A DNA stretch of 64,000 bases from Obrimoposthia wandeli (lineage: Eukaryota): assembly GCA_977020255.1 (NCBI GenBank), contig CDROCS010001802.1, positions 124,001-188,000 on the forward strand. The letters are read 5' to 3'. The position numbers were made by a program, and so were the translations under genes. How positions within the stretch are numbered: position 1 is the first letter of the stretch; each line of letters starts with the position of its first letter. Shown piece after piece: positions 50,635 to 58,920 of this stretch. A model generated the notes under the pieces. The model made no database searches. It was given only the letters and a program-made list of their open reading frames with translations, and was not told the origin of the DNA.

Positions 50635-51204
50635 TTAAAATGTATATGTTGCTTCAACATTAAACATATAAGCATGAAAACCCATCGTTCTTATTTTAGG
50701 AGAAACTTGTAATCCTTTATATTTTAAGAAGTTAGGACTATATTTTAATGCAAGTAGTGGTACGACCATCCAATCTCCTACAAATGAATTTGATTGAAGT
50801 ACGTCTGAATTATAGCCATTAGAAAGACCTATACCAACTTGTACACCAAAATCATAGAATGACAATAAATCATGCTCAATACTAAACATTTCTGAATCTT
50901 CGAAATAAGAGTTGTAAAAAGAAGAGTAACCCAATGTCATTGTTCCACTTCTTATTGCTATGGAACGCAATTCATTATCTTCGTTATAATCAGTCTTTAT
51001 ACCATATTCACTTACATATGTTGCATCAGAATGATCTGTGTATAAGTTTAACTCTGTTCCTATTGATATATCATCCATATCTAATCTAAATGAGTTTAGA
51101 AAATCTTCTTTTTCGATTGTTCCTTTTTCTTCTTCATGGGCTATTTCATTAGCCATTGTGCTCAACGATGTCATTGACGTTAGTAGTAGTATCCATTTAT
51201 ACAT
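50635..51204 (-). CDS. Small outer-membrane beta-barrel-like protein (PagP-like, tentative)
   Basis: Signal peptide; alternating strands; C-terminal FNVEATYTF ending in Phe. Confidence 0.6.
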   Translation of the reverse strand: MYKWILLLTSMTSLSTMANEIAHEEEKGTIEKEDFLNSFRLDMDDISIGTELNLYTDHSDATYVSEYGIKTDYNEDNELRSIAIRSGTMTLGYSSFYNSYFEDSEMFSIEHDLLSFYDFGVQVGIGLSNGYNSDVLQSNSFVGDWMVVPLLALKYSPNFLKYKGLQVSPKIRTMGFHAYMFNVEATYTF

Positions 51205-51500
51205 TTTATGTTTCCTTTTAATAAAAACGACACTTTAAATTGATATCATTCTTAAAAAATCTTACAAATGAAAAATAATACAAATCATATTTTTTTCTCA
51301 ATCAATAGGAATTATTTTTATTTAACTATTATAAAATGTGATTATTTTTTATAAATAAATAAGTAATTTTAAATATGAAAGGTCTATTTTATTCTTTATT
51401 TACTGTGAAAAATAAGAATTGGGTATTAATTTTTAATATCTTTAATAAATTAGAAATGTTATAATAGAAAACGTTTTTTAATTTAAGAGGAAGAAATAAA

Positions 51501-51782
51501 ATGAGTGATTCAAAAATTATTGATTTAAACCTATATAGAGATGGTGGTTCATTTGCATTTACATTTGAAAAAGCAGAATATGAATGTATGACAGGTTTGT
51601 TTATATTAGAGTCGAAAGGAACTGTAGTAGTAGACACTGTATTGGTAAAAAAAATCATTGATGCATTTTCAGTTCAGTTAGATTCAGATGATGAGTTTAA
51701 TAAGTTGATGAGAGGTCGAGTTAATGAATTAGCCAGATACTTGATGACACTGGAAAAGATCCATTCAGAATTAGTAAAATAA
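51501..51782 (+). CDS. Hypothetical protein
   Basis: 93 aa with a GAGG RBS. Confidence 0.7.
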   Translation: MSDSKIIDLNLYRDGGSFAFTFEKAEYECMTGLFILESKGTVVVDTVLVKKIIDAFSVQLDSDDEFNKLMRGRVNELARYLMTLEKIHSELVK

Positions 51783-51944
51783 TATTGAAGAAAAAGCTAT
51801 TTTGTATTGACTTCTATTTAATATTGATATAAAATATGTTTGATAGCTCTGACCTCTTACGCCTTTATGGTATTGACATCAGTAGCGAATGTAGAAGTAG
51901 ATTGAAGTTCGTTAATAAAGTTTTAAATTAAATTAAGATTTCTA

Positions 51945-51973
51945 TTGACATAAAAGATTCTTTGGTCTATAAT
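51945..51973 (+). promoter_or_regulatory. Perfect consensus sigma70 promoter TTGACA-N17-TATAAT driving tmRNA
   Basis: ttgaca taaaagattctttggtc tataat. Confidence 0.9.
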
Positions 51974-51979
51974 GTATAT

Positions 51980-52320
51980 CTGATTGGTTGATGCGGAACT
52001 CAACTTTTCTGGACAAGGGTTCAAATCCCTTCAGCTCCACCAAAAGTACATTTAGTAAATCGAGTTACGATTACTAGTATGTTAGCGGTTAAGTGTATTT
52101 TTGATGGGGCTGTTCTGGAATCGACAGGATTGAGCGGTGATGTGGACAATTCAAGAGGAAATAACTCTTGTAAATAAAGTTAAAAAACGAATAATATCTA
52201 ACGATAATTCATTTGAAGGTGCTGCCTTAGCTGCGTAAGCCCTTCCGAGGTGTAAGAAGCCTTGTTACCAAATATCATAGGTTTTGCGAAAGGTTAGCTT
52301 GCTAATTAATCAATGAACCG
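51980..52320 (+). ncRNA. ssrA: Circularly permuted two-piece tmRNA: acceptor piece ~51980-52042, intervening segment 52043-52105, coding piece 52106-~52320; tag (A)SNDNSFEGAALAA at 52197-52238
   Basis: T-arm plus 3' end GGACAAGGGTTCAAATCCCTTCAGCTCCACCA lies upstream of the 5' end GGGGCTGTTCTGGAATCGAC. Acceptor stem GGGGCTG/CAGCTCC has G3:U70. The tag ORF ends LAA-stop. The intervening segment has complementary ends. Confidence 0.93.
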
Positions 52321-52326
52321 ACTTAG

Positions 52327-52348
52327 AACCACCTTCGGGTGGTTTTTT
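52327..52348 (+). terminator. Intrinsic terminator with a cUUCGg loop
   Basis: aaccacc-ttcg-ggtggtttttt. Confidence 0.9.
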
Positions 52349-52372
52349 GCTTTTATAAATAGAGGAAATTAA

Positions 52373-52660
52373 ATGTCTAAAGAAACAGATATGGAATACG
52401 GTGAAGTTGTTTATACAACTTTGACAGGAATAACAAATGTTGTAAAGGTAATTATTTACAATGATAGAGATAGTTATGCGACTCAATTAATACATAGTGG
52501 AACTTTGTATCTATACACAAAACAAGATCTTGAATATAAAAGTGATGTTAAAGGATCACCTTTAAATAGATATGAATCAGTTTATTTCAATGGTGTTCTT
52601 ATTTATAAAGCGTCAATAATTAAAAAGATATTAAACTATTTTAAATCGAATGTTTTATAA
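52373..52660 (+). CDS. Hypothetical protein
   Basis: 95 aa with a GAGG RBS. Confidence 0.7.
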   Translation: MSKETDMEYGEVVYTTLTGITNVVKVIIYNDRDSYATQLIHSGTLYLYTKQDLEYKSDVKGSPLNRYESVYFNGVLIYKASIIKKILNYFKSNVL

Positions 52661-52700
52661 ATATTAAATTAAGGGTTATTTATATTTTGATAAACAGCTC

Positions 52701-54317
52701 TTAATTTTTATTTATATATATTTGACACAGATTGATAATAGTAATTTTTTCAGCATCGTCTAAATCAAAATTAGATAAAATAAGATCAATATTGTCTATA
52801 GCATCAAAGATAAAGTAATCTAAACCTCTTTCGCCTAAAATATCAACATTAAAACATTCAGTTCCTCCTCCACATTTTTTTAAGACTTTACTCATGTGTT
52901 TTTGATCTTTTTTATATTTTAACAAAACCCAATATTCAGCCAATCCAGAAATAATGTTGTTGACTTCTTTAATTTCATATTTTTTAATTACAACATTATC
53001 TTTTTCTAAATTATTTTTAGAAAACCGATAATTTATATTATGCTTTGTTAATCCTATTTTGTAAAAAGATTTCCCCTTGTATTTAAAATCTACATAGTAT
53101 AGGAATCTTTTATCTTCATAAAAAACTTTGTTATTAATTAACATTTTTAGATTTCTTGTGATACTAGAGCAAATAGGACAACCTGAACCATTTTTTAAAT
53201 TGAGGGCATCTGGAATCCAAGGCTTATTAAATAGTGCTCCATTGCCATGAATATGACAGGAAACATTACAAGATGTTTTTCTTAAATTAGTGTATTTACC
53301 TCTAAAACTCAAAAAATTATAATTATTCAATTTAGCTTGAATTAAGATTTCTTTAAGTGACTCTTTTTCATTTAATTCATAATTTCCAGAACATTTTGGG
53401 CATGTTGTACCTCGTGTTAAATTGTCAAAATCGGGTTGCCATTTATTATCCCATTTGTTACCTTCACCGTGAATATTACATTTTACAATACATCTGGTTC
53501 TTACATTTTTAAAATTATCATTTTTAAAGCCTAAGAATTCGATATTTGTGTTCTTTAGTTTTTCATTTAATCTTTTTATCGCATCTTCTTTTTTCAATAA
53601 AGAATAATGTGGCTGACCATTACAGTCAGGACATTTAAAACCAACAATAGAAAAAGAATTTATTCTCTTTATTTTTGGTATTTTCCATTGATCGCTTCTT
53701 CCATGTTTGCTACAGGTTACTATAATTTTTGTTTTATTGACATTCTCATAAAATCCCTTTTCAAAAGAATGAAACTTTATATTTGATGTTTCTCTTGTTC
53801 TTAATTTAAAATTTTCAAAAAATCTTTTTTCAGCTTTAGAAATTAATTTATTATTATTTTTAAAAGGAGATTTCTTTCTGTTTTTATGAGCACATTTGCT
53901 GCAACTTACACCTCTTGTTAACGTCTCGAAACTTGGGAAACTTGGGTTTTCAAAATCAGATAATTTTCCGTGGGTTTTGCATTCAATTAAACATTTAGTT
54001 TTTTTACCTTCATACTTCCCGTTTAAAAAACCTAAAAAGGTCAATCCCTCTTTTAATTTTTCTTTTAATACCATACCAGCTTCTTCTGTACTTGGTTTAT
54101 AATTTTTTTTACATTTTGGACAGCCAGATCCGTTAATTAAATTAGAATAAGTAGGAATCCACCTATTACCCCATTCAGCCCCATATCCGTGTATATCACA
54201 CATTACAAAGCATTTACCTTTTTGTGTTCTTAATTCACCATCAACGAATCCAAGAAATGATAATAAAGTGTTGGAAAACAATTTATTTATATTATTTATA
54301 TAACTTTGATTTTTAAT
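52701..54317 (-). CDS. Putative homing endonuclease: tandem Zn-ribbon (CxxHG...GCPxC, DUF723-like) repeats plus a C-terminal GIY-YIG/T5orf172-like domain
   Basis: Five C-x2-HG...C-P/S-x-C units; LYYV...YKIGLTK...RF...E...TECF. The ORF track starts at TTG 54281; the frame is open to an ATT at 54317 behind an AGGAG. Confidence 0.7.
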   Translation of the reverse strand: MKNQSYINNINKLFSNTLLSFLGFVDGELRTQKGKCFVMCDIHGYGAEWGNRWIPTYSNLINGSGCPKCKKNYKPSTEEAGMVLKEKLKEGLTFLGFLNGKYEGKKTKCLIECKTHGKLSDFENPSFPSFETLTRGVSCSKCAHKNRKKSPFKNNNKLISKAEKRFFENFKLRTRETSNIKFHSFEKGFYENVNKTKIIVTCSKHGRSDQWKIPKIKRINSFSIVGFKCPDCNGQPHYSLLKKEDAIKRLNEKLKNTNIEFLGFKNDNFKNVRTRCIVKCNIHGEGNKWDNKWQPDFDNLTRGTTCPKCSGNYELNEKESLKEILIQAKLNNYNFLSFRGKYTNLRKTSCNVSCHIHGNGALFNKPWIPDALNLKNGSGCPICSSITRNLKMLINNKVFYEDKRFLYYVDFKYKGKSFYKIGLTKHNINYRFSKNNLEKDNVVIKKYEIKEVNNIISGLAEYWVLLKYKKDQKHMSKVLKKCGGGTECFNVDILGERGLDYFIFDAIDNIDLILSNFDLDDAEKITIINLCQIYINKN

Positions 54318-54351
54318 TAATTTCTCCTAACTTAATTTTTACTTGAAACAC

Positions 54352-54707
54352 TTATAATATTATATATAAATAAAAAAGCAATATTAGTTCCTTGAAAAGA
54401 AATGATAAATTTGTTGGTTTTATCATTAAAATATAATGAATATTCAATGTCACCATTATTTTCAACAGTTGAACTATTAAATCGAATTATATTATATTGA
54501 CCTGATTTGCTATCAATGTATAACTCTTTATATTGAATCTCATTTTGATTTTTGTCTAAATTATTTGATTTTTCATCGTTTACATATGAATAAGCATCTT
54601 GATCATACTCTGAATATTTTTTATATAATCTAATTGTATCATTTTTATTTTCCTTTTAATAAAAAGTCCGTTTTATTTGGGAAAATCCATTTTATTTTTT
54701 GTAACAT
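54352..54707 (-). pseudogene. Probable frameshifted ORF (~118 codons)
   Basis: MLQKIKWIFPNKTDFLL continues in another frame as KENKNDTIRLYKKYSEY... after an A-run near 54655. Could also be a sequencing error. Confidence 0.35.
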
Positions 54708-54712
54708 ATTAT

Positions 54713-55930
54713 TTATCTTAAATAAGGTTTAAGATCGACCTTAAAAATCTGAATGTAATTATTTACACTTCTATATATGTATAAATAATCATCTTTAAAA
54801 ATAAATCCATTTATACCAGTATTACAAGAAAAAATAGGGGAATTATTAATATATATAGCGGTCTTTTGTTTATTTTGTTGTGATTGGTTTATTGCTTTAT
54901 ACACATAAAGCCCTTTATATAGTTTTGCTTTCCCTCTTTTTGAAGTAAAACCGTCATAATTTCTATATTTCTCAATATATTTAAATTTTAACTTATTATT
55001 TTCTATATAATGTCTTACAAAAACGTTTCCATCAATATTATTTTTCAATAAATAATAGAAATTTTTATAACCAGCCTTTGTAGGACAATTATTTTCGGGA
55101 TACTTTTTACAGTAATAGTCTAAGTCGGAGATATGCAAGTTAGAATCATTAAACTTGGAATATGTTTGATTATTATTTCCTATATTAAGAAGTGGATGTG
55201 TATTGAATAAACTGCTTTCAAAAGTTAATCTGAATGTTTTGTGTTTGTCGAAATATTCTTTTCTATCTATTTTATTTTCTATGTAAGAAACTCCATTCAC
55301 AAAATTTAAACTTTCATCCAGCAAAGGAAGCCTAAAGTATTTTTTAAAATTAGCAACCTTAAGATTGTTTTTAACAATATTTATAGAATCGTCAATTTGA
55401 GAAATAATTTTACTATCTTCTGCGAGGAAGAAATCATTCTCGGTAACAGAAATATAATTGAATTCAAAGTTATATTTAATCCAAGAATTAAATTCTAAAA
55501 TCATTTTATGATCTTTAAATCTAAAAACTTTATTTGAATATAAAATCTTGCCATTATTTTTTGATTTAGAAGGGTTATAATAAATCATATAATATTTTTC
55601 TGATAATTTTATGATCACCGATTTTGGTGATATATATTCATTGAACTGTTTTTCTACATTTAAATGATTAAAAATATCATTATCCTTGATTTCAATTTCA
55701 CTAACTAATTTTATGTTTTCAAATAATTTATAATCATCTTTTTCAAATAAGTATTCTTTTTTCTTTTTTTCTAAATACTCTTGTAATAGTTTATCTTCTT
55801 CCCATTTGACTTTAAGATTTTTAAAATCTTCATTTTTCTTGACTTGTTCATTTTCAAAATATATATCTAATCCGAATACTGCTGTTGCAAGAAGTAAAAT
55901 GATTCCAAACATTTTTTTAAAAACATTCAT
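54713..55930 (-). CDS. Membrane-anchored hypothetical protein
   Basis: N-terminal hydrophobic helix; 405 aa. Confidence 0.7.
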   Translation of the reverse strand: MNVFKKMFGIILLLATAVFGLDIYFENEQVKKNEDFKNLKVKWEEDKLLQEYLEKKKKEYLFEKDDYKLFENIKLVSEIEIKDNDIFNHLNVEKQFNEYISPKSVIIKLSEKYYMIYYNPSKSKNNGKILYSNKVFRFKDHKMILEFNSWIKYNFEFNYISVTENDFFLAEDSKIISQIDDSINIVKNNLKVANFKKYFRLPLLDESLNFVNGVSYIENKIDRKEYFDKHKTFRLTFESSLFNTHPLLNIGNNNQTYSKFNDSNLHISDLDYYCKKYPENNCPTKAGYKNFYYLLKNNIDGNVFVRHYIENNKLKFKYIEKYRNYDGFTSKRGKAKLYKGLYVYKAINQSQQNKQKTAIYINNSPIFSCNTGINGFIFKDDYLYIYRSVNNYIQIFKVDLKPYLR

Positions 55931-55974
55931 TTTTAAATTTCCTTTTTTAATATTAAACTATTTATATAAATATT

Positions 55975-56444
55975 TTACCTTTCAACAAGGCTTTCGTCAA
56001 TTGTTCTTCTTACGGGATTAAAGAAAAAGTTAATAATCCTTCTTGTGCCAGTTTTTGCTTCAACTACGACAGACATTCCTGAGTTTATATTTATAAAATT
56101 TCCATTAATATATAATTTAGTATCTTCTAATATAATTTAGTATCTTCTAATTTAATTTTGGCTTTAAATACAAGTCCTAATTTTCCATCTTGAATTGCAT
56201 CATTCGAAATATTTGTAATTTCTCCTTTTAGAGAACCATTTTTTATAAAATTAAAAGTATCAACCTTCACAGTCGTTTCTTGTCCGACACTTAGAAATCC
56301 AATATCTTTATTAAGTATCATTGCTTCAACAATAAGTTCATCATTTTCAGGAACAATTTTTAAAACGGGTTCTGTTGCATTTAGAGAACCACCTCTTGTG
56401 TGTATTGCTAAATCTTGCACGAAGCCATTGATTGGAGATCTTAT
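55975..56444 (-). pseudogene. hlyD: HlyD-family (type I secretion membrane-fusion protein) C-terminal remnant
   Basis: SPINGFVQDLAIHTRGG...KIVPENDELIVEAMILNKDIGF...KVDTFNF..NGSLKGEI, then SGMSVVVEAKTGTRRIINFFFNP in another frame. A 20-bp tandem duplication at 56112-56151 creates a stop; no N-terminal half. Confidence 0.85.
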
Positions 56445-56501
56445 TTAGTTAAAACATCTACAAAAATTAAAAATATCAATACAATAACATCTTTTAATTC
56501 A

Positions 56502-56530
56502 TTGACTGACAATATTTTATGTGTTATTAT
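56502..56530 (+). promoter_or_regulatory. sigma70-like promoter TTGACT-N17-TATTAT
   Basis: Sits upstream of the ORF-free structured region. Confidence 0.65.
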
Positions 56531-56536
56531 TTATTA

Positions 56537-57029
56537 TTCCATCAGTATTAAGTTTACTTGATTATCTGGTGGTAAGTTAAGAAGGTGAATCGTTAGGATT
56601 GAAAAATAACCACCTCTCCCGTTAGCTAAAAAAGCACTTTGAGCAGGTATAAAAGCTTGTAACATTGATGTATGCTAGTGTTAGCGTAAGTCGCTTGGTA
56701 ACTAGGAAATCCAGAATACTATTTAATTGTAAAGATTTCATTTCTTACGGTTAGATGAGAACGAAATAGGATCTTTGGTCGCTACAATTGAAAAATTGTT
56801 CCTCTTAGATCGCAAAGAATCATGAAAATGATTCTTTGTTTAAATTAATGTATCGTGGTGTCGGATGTGCTCCTCGTAGAATGAACAAGTATCTTTTGAA
56901 TGATTCGTGGTGTATAGTATGCTCCTCGTAGAATGAACAAGTAAAAACTTGGATAGGGGACAGGAACGGCTTCCTGCCTATTGACCCGTTAATTCGGTTA
57001 GCCGACAATAAGCACCTTCGGGTGCTTTT
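56537..57029 (+). ncRNA. Candidate large structured ncRNA (~490 nt), family unknown
   Basis: Promoter-terminator unit with no credible ORF and raised GC. Hairpins caaagaatcat-GAAA-atgattctttg (56813-56838), acaatt-GAAA-aattgt (56784-56799), caggaa-cggc-ttcctg (56961-56976); internal duplicated 39-nt motif. Confidence 0.7.
57010..57029 (+). terminator. Intrinsic terminator with a cUUCGg loop
   Basis: aagcacc-ttcg-ggtgctttt. Confidence 0.9.
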
Positions 57030-57046
57030 ATTTTTTCTAATAATTT

Positions 57047-57447
57047 TTAATTAAAAGCAATAAAATCTGTAATTATTTGTTGCTTTTCTTTTGCTTCCAA
57101 TTTATCAAGGTATCGAAGTTTTGCATTTTCTTTTCCTTGGATAACAGTAATTATATAATATTCAACGTCTAAATCTTTTCTTTTTTTAATGGGGTTTAAT
57201 ATTAATCCATTTTTATTAAAAACTTTGTCGTTAATAATTAAAGCATTTCCTTTAATTGAATATTCATTTTTGATGTTAGAGACATTCTTAATAATAATAT
57301 CTTTACAGACATTGTTATTGTGCGATTCTAATCTTTCTCCTTCTTTTCCACCATACCAAGCATTTTGTTCAAAAAAAGAATCAAAGTAATGCTCACATCT
57401 ATCAATATGTTGATTGTCTATTTCGGTTCGGCATTGTGAGAATTTAT
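57047..57447 (-). pseudogene. 3' part of the IS-interrupted lipoprotein gene
   Basis: Joined to 58904 it reads in frame ...KGS-H-KFSQCRTEIDNQ...QQIITDFIAFN-stop at 57047-57049. Confidence 0.85.
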
Positions 57448-58903
57448 CGACTCAAAAGCAAGAACACCCATTCCTTCAGGTATGGGATGAATTGCTAGTA
57501 AATTAGGCTAATTTATCTTTTTATTGATTTCTCAATGTTTTTGTTGACATTTCAATGGGAACCATTATTATTGTCAACATGATAACAATTAGAAATCTGG
57601 TCAAAACCAGTCATCACAACTATAAAAATATTAAACGTGCCTGTCGAAATACAAGTGCTATTTTTAATTGTGCTAATTATATTATGAGACAATCTTTTTT
57701 CGATGGTGATATGAGAAAATGGAATAGTGTTGATAAACAATTAAAAAACTTAAATCCCATATATCAAACTAACCCAAGTGCCGCTTCTCAAACAACAATA
57801 AAACGATTAGGTGAAGATTGGGAGTCTTTTAGAAAAGGGGTTGAAGATTTTAAAAACAATTCTTCAAAATACAAGAAAAGACCCAAGCCTCCTGCTTATT
57901 CTAAAAATTTAAAAACATACATTCAACCCGCTCAAGGCTTTAAAATACTTGACGGGTTTATTCACTTTCCAAAAATATTGGAACTTGAACCAATGAAAAT
58001 TTTTAATATAGAAGATAAAAAAAGTGGAAAAAACGGAAAAACAAGTGAGATTCGTTTTGTCCCTCACGGTCATTGTTTCTGGGTTGAAGTCATTTTCGAT
58101 GATGTCGAACAAGTAGAAAACAACCAGAAAGACATCAAATTAAACAAAGAAAACCATATTGCTATTGATTTAGGGATAGATAATCTTTTAACTATTATTT
58201 CAAATGTAGACACGGTAAAACCGATTCTCATTAAAGGAAGAATTATTAAATCTATAAATCAACAATACAATAAGAAAAAAGCTTTTTTTCAAAGCCAAAA
58301 TAACAAACCTATGGTAGATAAAATTGGGGTACAACGTTATCTTAAAATACAAGATTATATGCACAAATCATCCAATAAAGTAATTCAACATTGCTTGAAA
58401 AATGACATTGGGACAATTGTTATTGGTAAAAATGATAATTGGAAAGATGAAATAAATATTGGTCGAGTAAATAATCAAAAATTTGTAAGTATTCCGTTTC
58501 AAAGTCTTATTTCAAAAATAGAATATAAAGCCGAAAAAATAGGTATTAAAGTGATTATTCAAGAAGAGTCTTACACATCTAAAAGTGATGCATTAGCCCT
58601 TGATAATTTACCGAAATATAAAAAAGGCAACAAGAAAAAACACGTATTTTTGGGTAAAAGAAAAAAACGTGGTTTGTATCAATCTTCGATTGGAAAGTTG
58701 GTCAATGCGGATATTAATGGAGCGATTAATATCTTAAGAAAAGTAATTGGCGATGGTTTTGTAAAAAACCTAGTTAATAAGGGGTTAGTCTTCAACCCCG
58801 AAGTCATTGCGTTGCAATAACTTCGAGATGAAAACAGAAAATTTAGATTGTATCTCTATCTTTTTTGTTTCAAGCACCGTCCTTCAGGTCGGTTGTATTT
58901 GAC
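57448..58903 (+). mobile_element. Non-autonomous IS200/IS605-family (IS1341-like, tnpB-only) element, 1456 bp, inserted 3' of TTAT
   Basis: Subterminal hairpins cccat-t-cc-TTCA-gg-t-atggg (57467-57486) and accg-t-cc-TTCA-gg-t-cggt (58876-58893). Right end ...TGAC. No target duplication. Removal restores the host ORF. Confidence 0.88.
57555..58820 (+). CDS. tnpB: TnpB RNA-guided endonuclease (RuvC with relocated catalytic Glu)
   Basis: RuvC-I IAIDLGIDN; IVIGKNDNWK at the canonical RuvC-II site; QEESYTSK; RuvC-III NADINGAINI. The start may be the internal MITIRN. Confidence 0.92.
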   Translation: MGTIIIVNMITIRNLVKTSHHNYKNIKRACRNTSAIFNCANYIMRQSFFDGDMRKWNSVDKQLKNLNPIYQTNPSAASQTTIKRLGEDWESFRKGVEDFKNNSSKYKKRPKPPAYSKNLKTYIQPAQGFKILDGFIHFPKILELEPMKIFNIEDKKSGKNGKTSEIRFVPHGHCFWVEVIFDDVEQVENNQKDIKLNKENHIAIDLGIDNLLTIISNVDTVKPILIKGRIIKSINQQYNKKKAFFQSQNNKPMVDKIGVQRYLKIQDYMHKSSNKVIQHCLKNDIGTIVIGKNDNWKDEINIGRVNNQKFVSIPFQSLISKIEYKAEKIGIKVIIQEESYTSKSDALALDNLPKYKKGNKKKHVFLGKRKKRGLYQSSIGKLVNADINGAINILRKVIGDGFVKNLVNKGLVFNPEVIALQ

Positions 58904-58920
58904 GAGAACCTTTCAATTCT
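58740..58920 (+). ncRNA. Predicted omegaRNA (reRNA) scaffold ending at 58903 plus flanking guide gagaacctttcaattc
   Basis: Hairpin cgaagt-c-attgc-gtt-gcaat-a-acttcg, further stems and the RE hairpin. Position follows established TnpB biology; the 5' boundary is a guess. Confidence 0.6.

Noticed and set aside
52011-52042. Apparent tRNA (T-arm GGTTCAAATCC plus CCA)
   Set aside because: There is no upstream D-arm or anticodon arm. It pairs with the downstream GGGGCTG and belongs to the permuted tmRNA.
56853-56943. CRISPR or TIGR array
   Set aside because: There are only two units, the variable part is 8 nt, it lacks the 36-nt dual-spacer periodicity, and no Cas or Nop-domain gene is nearby. 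Kept only as an unexplained module.
56820-57389. ORF-track entries 56820-57008 (-) and 57189-57389 (+)
   Set aside because: They have no RBS and atypical composition. The first is antisense to the structured RNA and the second is antisense to the restored lipoprotein gene.
57448-58903. IStron (self-splicing IS)
   Set aside because: The element is antisense to the interrupted gene, and only ~100 nt lie between the left end and tnpB, leaving no room for a group I intron core.
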